A DNA stretch of 64,000 nt from Antedon mediterranea (Eukaryota; Animalia; Echinodermata): NCBI RefSeq assembly GCF_964355755.1, contig NC_092674.1, positions 18,414,001 through 18,478,000 on the forward strand, read 5' to 3'. Positions 27,896 through 42,800 of the stretch are shown here, piece after piece. The translations under genes and the position numbers were made by a program. The notes beneath the pieces are model-generated. The model saw only the letters and a list, made by a program, of their open reading frames with translations, was not told where the DNA came from and searched no databases. Position 1 is the stretch's first letter. Every line of letters starts with the position of its first letter.

Positions 27896-30800
27896 CTCAA
27901 CGGCCTTTGCTACGATGGATATATAGTGCTATTTCTCAAATGGCCTTTGCTACTTTGCATTTTGACTTGTGACGTATATGTTTTCCTATTCAATTACATT
28001 GCTCATCGATAGGAGCAAACGGCCAAAAGCGTCTTGAGAATTTAAATTTTTAAATTACGATAACTTTTGTAAAAATGATCGAAATTTAATCGGATAACCA
28101 CATTTATAAAGACAATTTAATAGAGTTTACCCTATCATCAGCTTATATTTTCTTATCACGCACTTTTTGAAATATTGGTTTCTGAATCATGCCTACTTAT
28201 CGGGTAGTAGTTTTGATAGGCCTGATTTGACAACAACCAACCTTAACCGTTTTGAACTTCTAATTTTTTTTTTACTTATCCGATTTGAAATTTCTTTGTT
28301 GTATACGATAGAAGATCATATAAAGAACGTGTATACGAAATTTCATCGATTTATCTTAATTTTAAGTTACTTAAAAAAAATAATTCTATATTGAATTTTT
28401 TCGCGAAAAATTGGGATGTCATTTTGCTACGTACCAAAACTCAAATAGTCATTGCGTTTAACGTATTTACTCAATAAATGTAATTTTTGTACAATGTGTT
28501 CATATATATTGTTGGATTATGTGTGCCAAATTTGGATTTATAAAACTTAACAAATTCGGAGATATTTAAAAAATATTGCTCATTTTGGCCGTTTGCTACG
28601 TATTTTCTTAATTTTTAAAATGCTTTTACAACGTGGTTACTTTACGAAAACAAACTATTTTTAGGTATGTTAGTCTATGTTTAACATACTATCGATCTGC
28701 TATTTTGATTTTTTGAATTTAAGCGTGTTTATATTTTTAATAAAAACCGACTTTTTTTAGATTTTGTGGTCGCTAGAACTCAAATATAATTGTCTCGTTC
28801 ACTCAAAGTTTATTATAAATGTAAAATGACTTATTAAAATATCTTTATTATCATTAAATTGCAATTTACATAATGAAAAGCTTTATTTTCATTATTAGTC
28901 ATCATTTAGTTAGCAAATGATTATTTTAAAAGTATATATTACAATTTTTCGGAATTTTGTTATCATTTTAAAATTGGAAAACGTTTCAAATTTAAGGACT
29001 TGTGGCAGGTCTTGTATTAAATTACGATTTATTTTGTTTAACATTTTAGAAACAAAAATTCCTTTAATATGTGTAATCATTAAAACATTTCGCATCCACT
29101 AGACGTTGATTTTATTGATTTATATAGTTTTAAAACAATTAAATTGGCGATTAAATGTCACGAAATTTAAAAATCCTAAGCATTTTCACTGGAACCACAG
29201 CATCCTAGGCCCAACAGCATCGACAGCCTACAGCAAACTATAGATAAACCAGGTATACCGTAAGTTTTTATTTATTTTTGTTGTAATATAGATTTTTAAA
29301 TAGTTATAGTTCAATGTTATATATTTAATGTTGTTATCTGACTCTCTGGCGGTAATCTATGAGAGGTAAATTAGGGGCCTAGGCCTTAGGTCTATGATGC
29401 ACATAAATTGCCAAACCTTGTGTGCAGCCCGGGGGGCTGCTGCGCCCGGCCCAGGCGGCCTAATTAGGCTTACCGCTTAGGCCTCGGTCTACATTAGGCC
29501 TAGGCCCTAGTGTCTGTTTACAGGTTTGTAAGTGCATAAACAGAGTAGGCCTAGACCTAACTTTTCTGGAATCTAGGCATAGGATAGGCACTGACTAGGC
29601 CTATGTCTAGAAATAAGCATGGCCTATTATTTACAGCTTTAGCCTGGGAGCCTAGGCCTACAAGCCTACTACTAGGCCTAGCTAGGGTAGGCCTATCCTA
29701 CTCCAGCCTGTCTTAGGCTAGACCTAGAGGTAGTACTCAGTGCTAGAAACCTGCCTAGGCCTAGATGTAGCCTACATCCTAAAACTAGACTAGGCCTAGG
29801 CTAGAACCTCTAGTAAAGGCTTTGACAGTTTTCTAGGCCCTACCTACATTATGTATGTTAGGGCCTATCTGACTTCTAGCATAGTTAGGCCTAGGCCTAG
29901 CCTAGACATTTACAGAAGGTGTACTGTAGGTTTCCCTTCTACATCATTAACAGCTAGCTTAGAACAATCCCCGCATTAAATCAAGCATCCATCCCAAATA
30001 TTTTTAACATAATTTTGTAATACTATTATTCACAAATTAAACATACTATTATGTCTTACAAAGCAAATTAATTTTTAGTTTAGTGTCCGGTTTGGAGTAT
30101 TCAATCAACTACTCAATTTCTGATGACTCAATAATCAACTTAACTTCAGGTATTTTAAGTCCCAAGCTTATTCAACTTATGTTTAATGTGACTAACAACA
30201 TAATAATGAAAATACAATTACTATTAGGTCATAAAAATAACAATTACTCTTTAAAATTATAAATAAACATTAATTCAATCCAAATAATGGTAGCAAAAGA
30301 GATGTTTTAAAATAGTAACTATTAAATACTGTTGGTGTTGACTGTATTCAGTTTTTTTTTCAGTGAAACACATTATGGTACAAATGGAGAAAATATATCT
30401 AGAAGAGAGGAAAATAACAAGATGAAGGAGCAGGAAAAATATGGTATACTTATCTGTATGGCAATTTTCATACACATTAATTCATGTTAAAACAAAATGA
30501 CTATTAAACTATTTTAAGCCCAATTAAATACAACAAAGCACCCAAGTCAATGCCATGAAATGTAATTTAACAGGTGTCTTAAATTAATTCTAAAGCCAAT
30601 ACAAAGCAAATTCATTTACAATTAAAATGAAGTGAGAAAAGTATAATGTAAGAGTCAGAATTGTTAGAAATGTAATATAAATAAAATACAAAATTAAAAC
30701 TTTTATTTTAGACAACTTCTAATGTTTATTAAAATGTGCTTTTTCATTTTTCAGTTACTGCTGTGGTTTCAAACATCCTCCACATCACATACAAGTTAAT

Positions 30801-33800
30801 GGCTTAATTAAGGTAATCAGTAAACTCATTATAAATGTTTTGCTTTAATTTATAACAATGTTTCATTTATCTACTAACCATACATAAACACACTCACACA
30901 CCAACATACACAAAACACCTTTTAGAATAGCTTGTATTTAATGTAGGACAAAAGTAAACATAACAATGTAGTTGTAGGACAAAATTAAACACAACAAAAG
31001 TTTGATCTAGGCTTATTAGTTGTAGGACAAAATTCAACATCAATAAAGCTTAGTTAGTTGCTTAAAATTAAACAGAGGAATACAGTTCAGTTTAGTTTAT
31101 ATTTACTGTATATAAAAATTAAACGGAGCAATGTTGTTTAGTGGTTGGTTGTAGAACTAATTTAAACAGGAGAATGCAGTTCAGTTGAGTTTAGTTATTT
31201 ACTGTATAGGGAAAAAAAAATAACAGAGGAATGAAGTTTAGTTTTAGTTGGTTGTTGGACAAAAATGAACAGTTTGGTTAATTGTTGTATTACAAATGCA
31301 GACACAGCAATACAGTTCAGTTTAGTTATTTACTGTAGGAAAAAATAAACACATAAACATTGCAGTTTATTTAGTTAATTGTAGGAAAAAATTGGTTTAG
31401 AAATCATTTATTGACACAACATTAAACAAACCAATAATACAGGACATTCAAGTAGTTAGACATGTGCAGCGGTACAGTTATTATAGAACACAATTAAGAG
31501 TACCTATTTAGACAATCTGAAAGTATAATTGGTTGAGAAATCATCTATTAAACAAACCAATAATACAGGACATTCAAGTAGTTAGACATGTGTAGTGGTA
31601 CAGTTATTATAGAAGACAATTAAGAGTACATATTTTAGACAATCTGAAAGTGTAATTGGTTGAGAAATCATCTATTAAATCACTCAACAATACTGGACAT
31701 TCAAGTAGTTAGACATGTGTAGGGGTACAGTTATTATTATAGAACACAATTAGAAGTAAATATTTTAGACAATCTGAAAGTATAATTGGTTGAGAAATCA
31801 TCTATAAAACAACCCAACAATACAAGACATTCAAGTAGTTAGACATGTGTAGGGGTATAGTTATTATAGGACACAATTAGGAGTTTGTTGTAGGACACAA
31901 TTAAACACAGCAGTTTAGTTTAGTTAGAACAAGCCCCGCATTAAATCAGTAATCAAGCATCCATCGTAAATATTTTAAACATAATTTTGTAATACTATTT
32001 TCATGAATTAAAAATACTATATATGACTTATATTATAATGCAAATTAATTTTTAGTTTTAGTGTTCGGTTTGGAGTATTCAATCAACTAGCCTATTCAAT
32101 TTCTGATGACTCAAAAATCAACTTAACTTCAGGTATTTTAAGTCCCACGCTTAATCAACGTTTTAATGTTACTAACAACATATGAAAATACAATTATGTT
32201 TAGGTCATAAAAATAACAATTACTCCTTAAAATTATAAATAAAGTGATAAATAATAATAATTCAATCCAAATAATGGTAGTAGGCCTAGTGGTAACAAAA
32301 GAGATTTCTTAAAATAGTAACTATTGAATGCTGTTGGTGTTGACTGTATTCAGTTTATTTTCAGTGAAAAACATGATGGTACAAATGGAAAAAAAGGTCT
32401 AGAAGAGAGGAAAATAACAAGATGAAGGAGCAGAAAATATATGGTTGAATATATGACTAAAATCATACCTTACATTAAAACAATCAATTAAATTAATATT
32501 TTATATTACAATAAAGGATGAAATCAATGGTAGGACATGTAATGAGGCCAGTCAAACTAATAACATATAGCATTGAAATACTGTAGAGTAAATGTAAAAT
32601 AAAGAGGTAATTTAGGTGCAAAAATGCTAATAAAAAAAACTGCTAGTACTACAAGTAAAAATGTTTATTCACATATTTTTTTAATTAATTATATTTTCAG
32701 CCTCTGCTATGATTAGTACCAAGTATTGTTGCTTTCAACAAGTCTTACTTCACAATTTGATGTCTTTTAAAGGTAATTGGTCATCTCAATATTGCTTTAC
32801 GCTTTAAACCATCAGATAATAGTAATAATTGTAGCAGTACAATTAGAAATTAAATTTACATTACATTTATCAAACAAAATGTCTAATGTGATTAGTTGAC
32901 AACACGATTACAAAAGACAGTAAAAAAGTAGTTAATTTGAAATGCTCAAATTCAATTTAGCTTTCCCTTCTCCATCAGCTGTTCATTGTTAAAAATCACA
33001 ATATATGATACACAGACATACAGTCTGTTTAGGTCATAAAAATGAATAATGCACTAAAAATGTTATTAGTTTTATTAGTACTGTATACTAATGACTGAAC
33101 ATAATGGGTTTTTTTTAAACAGTGATATTGATAATGGATAAGAAAGAGGATAATCTAGAAGTGGAAGTGGAAACAAGATGAATAATACATTTAGGAAGAA
33201 AAAAAAGGAGATGGTTGAATATAACTAATAGTCTTTATTTTCATACACATTAATTCATGTTAAAACAAGATGACAATTAAACAATTTTAAGCCCAATTAA
33301 ATACAACAAAGCACCCAAGTCAATGACTAGAAATGTAATTTAACAGTTGTCTTAAATTAATTCTAAAGCCAATACAAAGCAAATACATTTACAATTAAAA
33401 ATGAAGCGAAAAAAGTGTAATGTAACACATCTGAGAATTGTTAGTAAAGTATTACATTTCAAACAGAAAATTAAAACTTTTTTTTAAACAACTTCTAATG
33501 TTTATTAAAATGTGCTTTTTCATTTTTTTTCCCAGTTACTGCTGTGGTTTTAAACATCCTCCACTTCACATACAAGTTAATGGCTTATTAATAATTAAGG
33601 TAATCAGTAAACTCATTATAAATGTTTTGCTTTAATTTACTAACAATGTTTCATTTATCTACTAACCATACATAAACACACTCACACACCAACATACACA
33701 AAACACATTTTAGAATAGCTTGTATTTAATGTAGAACAAATTAAGTCTTCTTGTACTAGACTAAAGTTAAACACAGAAATGCAGTCAGTTTAGTTAATTA

Positions 33801-36800
33801 CTGTAGGGAAAAATTAAAAACAGCAATACAGTTCAGTTAGTTGTTGTAGGACAAAATTAAACTAAGGAATACAGTTTAGTTTAGTTATTTACTGTAGGGA
33901 AAAATTAAAAGCAGCAATGTAGTTTAGTTGGTTGTAGAACATATTTAAACAGGGTAATACAGTTCAGTTTAGTTATTTTCTGTATAGGAAAACAATTAAA
34001 AACATCAATTCAGTTTAGTATAGTTTAGTTAATTGTACTGTAGGACAAATTTAAACACAGCAATGGAATTTAGTTGGTTGTGAAACAAAAGTGAACATAG
34101 TTTAGTTTGGTTAATTGTTGTAGGACAAATGTAGACACAACAATGTAGTTTAGTTTAGTGGTTTGTAGAACACAATTAAACACAGCAATTCAGTTTAGTT
34201 AAGTTGGTTGTAGAACAAAATTAAACCGACCAATTCAATTTATCTATTGAACAACCCAATAATACAGGACATTCAAGTAGTTAGACATGTGTAGGGGTAC
34301 AGTTATTATATAACCTATTTAGGAGTACATATATTTGACAACTCTAAAATTATAATTGGTTGAGAAATCATCTATTGAACAACCCAATAGCCATTCAAGT
34401 AGTTAGACATGTTTAAGAGTACAGTTATTATAGAACACAATTAAGAGTAAATTGTAGTTTTTATCAATTGGTTGTAGAAGAAATTTAAACACAGCAATGC
34501 AGTTTAGGTTAATTAGTGGTTTATGGCAAAATTAAACACAGGAATACAGTTCAGTTTAGTTAGTTGTAGAAGAAATTTAAACACAGCAATGCAGTTCAGG
34601 TTAGTTAGTTGTTTAGGCCAAAATTAAACACAGTATTGCAGTTCAGTTTAGTTGGTTGTAGGTGAAATATAAACACAGCAATACAGTTCAGTTTAGTTAG
34701 TTGTTTAGGGCAAAATAAAACAACAAATCTAACAGTGTAATTGGTTGAGAAATCATCTATTGAACAACTCAATAATACAGAACATTCAAGTAGTTAGACA
34801 TGTGTAGGGGTACAGTTATTTTAGAACACAATTAAGAGTACATATTAAAGACAAATCTAAAAGTCTAATTGATTGAGAAATTATCTATTGAAGAACTCAA
34901 CAATACAGGACATTAAAGTAGTCGGACATGTGTAGGGGTAGAGTTATTATAGAACACAATTAAGAGTACATTGTAGTTTGATCTATTGGTTGTAGGATAA
35001 ATTTAAACACAGCAATGCAGTTCAGTTTAGTTTAGTTAGTTGTTTAGGGCAAAATAAAACAACAAATCTAACAGTGTAATTGGTTGAGAAATCATCTATT
35101 GAACAACTCAATAATACAGGACATTCAAGTAGTTAGACATGTCTGGGGGACAGTTATTATAGAACACAATTAAGAGTAAATTGTAGTTTTTATCAATTGG
35201 TTGTAGAAGAAATTTAAACACAGCAATGCAGTTCAGGTTAGTTAGTTGTTTAGGGCAAAATTAAACACAGGATTGCAGTTCAGTTTAGTTGGTTGTAGGT
35301 GAAATTTAAACACAGCAATACAGTTCAGTTTAGTTAGTTGTTTAGGGCAAAATAAAACAGCAAATCTAACAGTGTAATTGGTTGAGAAATCATCTATTGG
35401 ACAACACAATAATACAGGACATTCAAGTAGTTAGACATGTGTAGGGGACAGTTATTATAGAGCACAATTAAGAGTACATATTTTAGACAAATCTAAAAGT
35501 ATAATTGATTGAGAAATTATCTATTGAACAACTCAACAATACAGAACATTCAGGTAGTTAGACATGTGTAGGGGGACAGTTATTATAGAACACAATTAAT
35601 CTGAGTAAATTGTAGTTTTTATCAATTGGTTGTAGAAGAAATTTAAACACAGCAATGCAGTTCAGGTTAGTTAGATGTTTAGGGCAAAATTAAACACAGG
35701 ATTTCAGTTCAGTTTAGTTGGAATTGTAGGTGAAATATAAACACAGCAATACAGTTCAGTTTAGTTAGTTGTTTAGGGCAAAATAAAACAGCAAATCTAA
35801 CAGTGTAATTGGTTGAGAAATCATCTATTGAACAACTCAATAATACAGAACATTCAAGTAGTTAGACATGTGTAGGGGGGCAGTTATTATAGAACACAAT
35901 TAGGAGTACATATTTTAGACAAATCTAAAAGTATAATTGATTGAAAAATTATCTATTGAACAACTCAACAATACAGGACATTAAAGTAGTCAGACATGTG
36001 TAGGGGTACAGTTATTATAGAGCACAATTAAGAGTACATATTTTAGACAAATCTAAAAGTCTAATTGATTGAGAAATTATCTATTGAACAACTCAACAAT
36101 ACAGGACATTAAAGTAGTCAGACATGTGTAGGGGTACAGTTATTATAGAGCACAATTAAGAGTACATATTTTAGACAAATCTAACAGTACTATTTGTTGA
36201 GAAATCATCTATTGAACAACCCAATAATACAGGACATTCAAGTAGTTAGACATGTGTAGGGGTACAGTTATTATAGAGCACAATTAAGAGTAAATTGTAG
36301 TTTTTATCAATTGGTTGTAGAAGAAATTTAAACACAGCAATGCAGTTCAGGTTAGTTAGTTGTTTAGGGCAAAATTAAGCACAGGATTGCAGTTCAGTTT
36401 AGTTGGTTGTAGGTGAAATTTAAACACAGCAATACAGTTCAGTTTAGTTAGTTGTTTAGGGCAAAATAAACAGCAAATCTAACAGTGTAATTGGTTGAGA
36501 AATCATCTATTGAACAACTCAATAATACAGAACATTCAGGTAGTTAGACATGTCTGGGGGGACAGTTATTATAGAACACAATTAAGAGTAAATTGTAGTT
36601 TTTATCAATTGGTTGTAGAAGAAATTTAAACACAGCAATGCAGTTCAGGTTAGTTAGTTGTTTAGGGCAAAATTAAACACAGGAATACAGTTCAGTTTAG
36701 TTAGTTGTAGAAGAAATTTAAACACAGCAATGCAGTTCAGTTCAGTTAGATGTTTAGGGCAAAATTAAACACAGGATTGCAGTTCAGTTTAGTTGGAATT

Positions 36801-39800
36801 GTAGGTGAAATATAAACACTGCAATACAGTTCAGTTTAGTTAGTTGTTTAGGGCAAAATAAAACAACACATCTAACAGTGTAATTGGTTGAGAAATCATC
36901 TATTGAACAACTCAATAATACAGAACATTCAAGTAGTTAGACATGTGTAGGGGTACAGTTATTTTAGAACACAATTAAGAGTAAATTGTAGTTTTTATCA
37001 ATTGGTTGTAGGTGAAATTTAAACACAGCAATACAGTTCAGTTTAGTTAGTTGTTTAGGGCAAAATAAAACAGCAAATCTAACAGTGTAATTGGTTGAGA
37101 AATCATCTATTGGACAACACAATAATACAGGACATTCAAGTAGTTAGACATGTGGGGGGGCAGTTATTATAGAACACAATTAGGAGTACATATTTTAGAC
37201 AAATCTAAAAGTATAATTGATTGAAAAATTATCTATTGAACAACTCAACAATACAGGACATTAAAGTAGTCAGACAAGTGTAGGGGTACAGTTATTATAG
37301 AACACAATTAAGAGTACATATTTTAGACAAATCTAACAGTACTATTTGTTGAAAAATCATCTATTGAACAACCCAATAATACAGGACATTCAAGTAGTTA
37401 GACATGTGTAGGGGTACAGTTATTATAGAGCACAATTAAGAGTAAATTGTAGTTTGATCTATTGGTTGTAGGATAAATTTAAACACAGCAATGCAGTTCA
37501 GTTTAGTTAGTTGTTTAGGGCAAATAAACAGCAAATCTAACAGTGTAATTGGTTGAGAAATCATCTATTGAACAACTCAATAATACAGAACATTCAGGTA
37601 GTTAGACATGTGTAGGGGGACAGTTATTATAGAACACAATTAATCTGAGTAAATTGTAGTTTTTATCAATTGGTTGTAGAAGAAATTTAAACACAGCAAT
37701 GCAGTTCAGGTTAGTTAGATGTTTAGGGCAAAATTAAACACAGGATTTCAGTTCAGTTTAGTTGGAATTGTAGGTGAAATATAAACACAGCAATACAGTT
37801 CAGTTTAGTTAGTTGTTTAGGGCAAAATAAAACAGCAAATCTAACAGTGTAATTGGTTGAGAAATCATCTATTGAACAACTCAATAATACAGAACATTCA
37901 AGTAGTCAGACATGTGTAGGGGGCAGTTATTATAGAACACAATTAGGAGTACATATTTTAGACAAATCTAAAAGTATAATTGATTGAAAAATTATCTATT
38001 GAACAACTCAACAATACAGGACATTAAAGTAGTCAGACATGTGTAGGGGTACAGTTATTATAGCACACAATTAAGAGTACATATTTTAGACAAATCTAAA
38101 AGTCTAATTGATTGAGAAATTATCTATTGAAAAACTCAACAATACAGGACATTAAAGTAGTCAGACATGTGTAGGGGTACAGTTATTATAGCACACAATT
38201 AAGAGTACATATTTTAGACAAATCTAAAAGTCTAATTGATTGAAAAATCATCTATTGAACAACCCAATAATACAGGACATTCAAGTAGTTAGACATGTGT
38301 AGGGGTAGAGTTATTATAGAACACAATTAAGAGTACATTGTAGTTTGATCTATTGGTTGTAGAACAAAATTAAACCGAGCAATGCAGTTCAGTTTAGTTA
38401 GTTGTTTAAGGCAAAATTAAACACAGCAATGCAGTTCAGTTTAGTTAGTTGTTTAGGGCAAAATTAAACACAGCAATGCAGTTCAGTTTAGTTAGTTGCT
38501 TAATGACAAAGTTAAACAAAGGAATTCAGTTTAGATTTGTTAGTTACTTACAACAAAATTAAAGAGAGGAATGCAGTTTAATTTAGTTAGTTGTTTAGGG
38601 CAAAATAAAAAACAGCAAATCTAACACTATAATTGGTTAAGAACTTTTAGACAAAACAATTATACATGGTACAGTTATTATAGAACACAATTAGGAGTAA
38701 ATATTTTAGACAAATCTGAAGTAGAATTAGTTGAGAAATTCTAAATGAAACAACCCAATAATACAGGACATTCAAGTTGTTAGACATGTGTAGGGGTACA
38801 GTTATTATAGAGCACAATCAAGAGTACATATTTTAGACAAATCTAACAGTATAATTTGGTTGAGAAATCATCTAATAGACAACATAATAATACAGGACAT
38901 TCTAGTAGTTCACATTTGTAGGGAGGAGTACAGATATTATAGAACACAATTAGGAGTACATATTTTAGACAAATCTAACATTACAACTGGTTAAGAAATC
39001 ATCTATAGAACAACCCAACAATACAGGACATTCAAGTAGTTAGACATGTGTAGGGGTACAGTTATTATAGCACACAATTAAGAGTACATATTTTAGACAA
39101 ATCTGAAGTATAATTAGTTGATAAATCATCTATTGAACAACTCCACAATACAAGACATTCAAGTAGTTAGGTTACAGTTATTATAGAGCACAATTTAGAG
39201 TAAATATTTTAGACAAATTTAACAATACAATTGGTTGAGAAATAATCTATTGAACAACCCAATAATGCAAATTTCACATTCAACTAGTTACACGTGTGGT
39301 TCTAGAACAAAATTAAACAGAGCAATTTAGTTTAGTTTGTTAGAGGACACAATTAAACAGAGAAATTTAGTTTAGTTGGTTATAGGACACAATTGAACAC
39401 AGCAGCTTAGTTTAGTTTAGTTGGTTGTAGGACACAATTAAACAGAGCAATTCAGTTTAGTTTAGTTGGTTGTAGAACAAAATTAAACAGAGCAATTTAA
39501 TTTAGTTTAGTTGGTTGTAGGACAAAATTAAACACAGCAGCTTAGTTTAGTTTAGTTGGTTGTAGGACACAATTTAACACAGCAGCACAGTTTAGTTTAG
39601 TAATGAAACAGAGAAATTTAGTTTAGTTGGTTTTAGGACCCAATTAAACACAGAAGTTCAGTTTAGTTTAGAACAAAATAAACAGAGAAATTCAGTTTAG
39701 TTTAGTTGGTTGTAGGACACAATTTAACAGAGTAATTCAGTTTATTTTATTTGGTTGTAGAACAACATTAAACAGACAAATTCTAATTTAGCTTAGTTGG

Positions 39801-42800
39801 CTGTAGGACACAATTAAACAGAGTAATTCAGTTTAGTTTAGTTGGTGTTAAGACACAATTAAACATAGCAATTCAGTTTAGTTTAGTTGGTTTTAGGACA
39901 CAATTAAACAGAGCAATTCAGTGTAGTTTAGTTGGTTTTAGGACACAATTAAACATAGCAATTCAGTTTAGTTTAGTTGGTTGTAGAACAAAATTAAACC
40001 GAGCAATTCAGTTTAGATTAGTTGGTTGTAGGACATAATTAAACACAGCAGTTCAGTTTAGTTAAGTTGGTTGTAGAACAAAATTAAACACAGCCATTCA
40101 TCTATTAGCCAAAACAATAATACAGAGCATTCAAATATTTAGACATATGTAGGGGTACAGTTATTGTAGACAACAATTAAGATAATATATTTTAGACAAA
40201 TTTAAAAGTATAATTGGTTGGGAAATTATCTAGTAGACAACAAAACAATACAGAACATTCAAATATTTAGACATGTGTAGGGGTACAGTTATTATAGAAC
40301 ATCATTAAGTGTACATATTTTAGACAAATCTAAAAGTATAATTGGTTAAGAAATTATCTAGTAGACAACACAATACTACAAAACATTCAACTATTTAGAC
40401 TTGTGCAATTCAGTAAGTTTAGTTGGTTGTAAGACACAATTAAACATAGCAATTCAGTTTAGTTTAGTTGGTTGTAAGACAAAATTAAATAGAGAAGTTT
40501 AGTTAATTTGGTTGTAGAACAAAATTAAACAGAGCAATTCAGTTTAGTTTAGTTGGTTGTAGGACAAAATTAAACACAGCAGTTCAGGTTATAGGACACA
40601 ATTAAGAGTAAATATTTGAGACAAATCTAACAGAATAATTGGTTGAGAAATCTATCTATCTAATCTATTAGACAACACAATATTACAGCACATAGTAGTT
40701 AAACATGTGTAGGGTTAGAATTCTTATAGAACCCATTTAGGAGTACATATTTTAAACATATTTAACAGAATAATTGGTTAAGAAATCATCTATTAGACAA
40801 CACAATAATGCAGAGCATTCAAGTAGTTAGACATGTGTAGGGGTAGAGTTATTATAGAACACAATTAAGAGTACATTGTAGTTTGATCTATTGGTTGTAG
40901 AACAAAATTAAACCGAGCAATGCAGTTAAGTTTAGTTAGTTGTTTAAGGCAAAATTAAACACAGCAATGCAGTTCAGTTTAGTTAGTTGTTTAGGGCAAA
41001 ATTAAACACAGCAATGCAGTTCAGTTTAGTTAGTTGCTTAATGACAAAGTTAAACAAAGGAATTCAGTTTAGATTTGTTAGTTACTTACAACAAAATTAA
41101 AGAGAGGAATGCAGTTTAATTTAGTTAGTTGTTTAGGGCAAAATAAAAAACAGCAAATCTAACACTATAATTGGTTAAGAACTTTTAGACAAAACAATTA
41201 TACATGGTACAGTTATTATAGAACACAATTAGGAGTAAATATTTTAGACAAATCTGAAGTATAATTAGTTGAGAAATTCTAAATGAAACAACCCAATAAT
41301 ACAGGACATTCAAGTTGTTAGACATGTGTAGGGGTACAGTTATTATAGAGCACAATCAAGAGTACATATTTTAGACAAATCTAACAGTATAATTTGGTTG
41401 AGAAATCATCTAATAGACAACATAATAATACAGGACATTCTAGTAGTTCACATTTGTAGGGAGGAGTACAGATATTATAGAACACAATTAGGAGTACATA
41501 TTTTAGACAAATCTAACATTACAACTGGTTAAGAAATCATCTATAGAACAACCCAACAATACAGGACATTCAAGTAGTTAGACATGTGTAGGGGTACAGT
41601 TATTATAGCACACAATTAAGAGTACATATTTTAGACAAATCTGAAGTATAATTAGTTGATAAATCATCTATTGAACAACTCCACAATACAAGACATTCAA
41701 GTAGTTAGGTTACAGTTATTATAGAGCACAATTTAGAGTAAATATTTTAGACAAATTTAACAATACAATTGGTTGAGAAATAATCTATTGAACAACCCAA
41801 TAATGCAAATTTCACATTCAACTAGTTACACGTGTGGTTCTAGAACAAAATTAAACAGAGCAATTTAGTTTAGTTTGTTAGAGGACACAATTAAACAGAG
41901 AAATTTAGTTTAGTTGGTTATAGGACACAATTGAACACAGCAGCTTAGTTTAGTTTAGTTGGTTGTAGGACACAATTAAACAGAGCAATTCAGTTTAGTT
42001 TAGTTGGTTGTAGAACAAAATTAAACAGAGCAATTTAATTTAGTTTAGTTGGTTGTAGGACAAAATTAAACACAGCAGCTTAGTTTAGTTTAGTTGGTTG
42101 TAGGACACAATTTAACACAGCAGCACAGTTTAGTTTAGTAATGAAACAGAGAAATTTAGTTTAGTTGGTTTTAGGACCCAATTAAACACAGAAGTTCAGT
42201 TTAGTTTAGAACAAAATAAACAAAGAAATTCAGTTTAGTTTAGTTGGTTGTAGGACACAATTTAACAGAGTAATTCAGTTTATTTTATTTGGTTGTAGAA
42301 CAACATTAAACAGACCAATTCTAATTTAGTTTAGTTGGTGTTAAGACACAATTAAACATAGCAATTAAGTTTAGTTTAGTTGGTTTTAGGACACAATTAA
42401 ACAGAGCAATTCAGTGTAGTTTAGTTGGTTTTAGGACACAATTAAACATAGCAATTCAGTTTAGTTTAGTTGGTTGTAGAACAAAATTAAACCGAGCAAT
42501 TCAGTTTAGATTAGTTGGTTGTAGGACATAATTAAACACAGCAGTTCAGTTTAGTTAAGTTGGTTGTAGAACAAAATTAAACACAGCCATTCATCTATTA
42601 GCCAAAACAATAATACAGAGCATTCAAATATTTAGACATATGTAGGGGTACAGTTATTGTAGACAACAATTAAGATAATATATTTTAGACAAATTTAAAA
42701 GTATAATTGGTTGGGAAATTATCTAGTAGACAACAAAACAATACAGAACATTCAAATATTTAGACATGTGTAGGGGTACAGTTATTATAGAACATCATTA

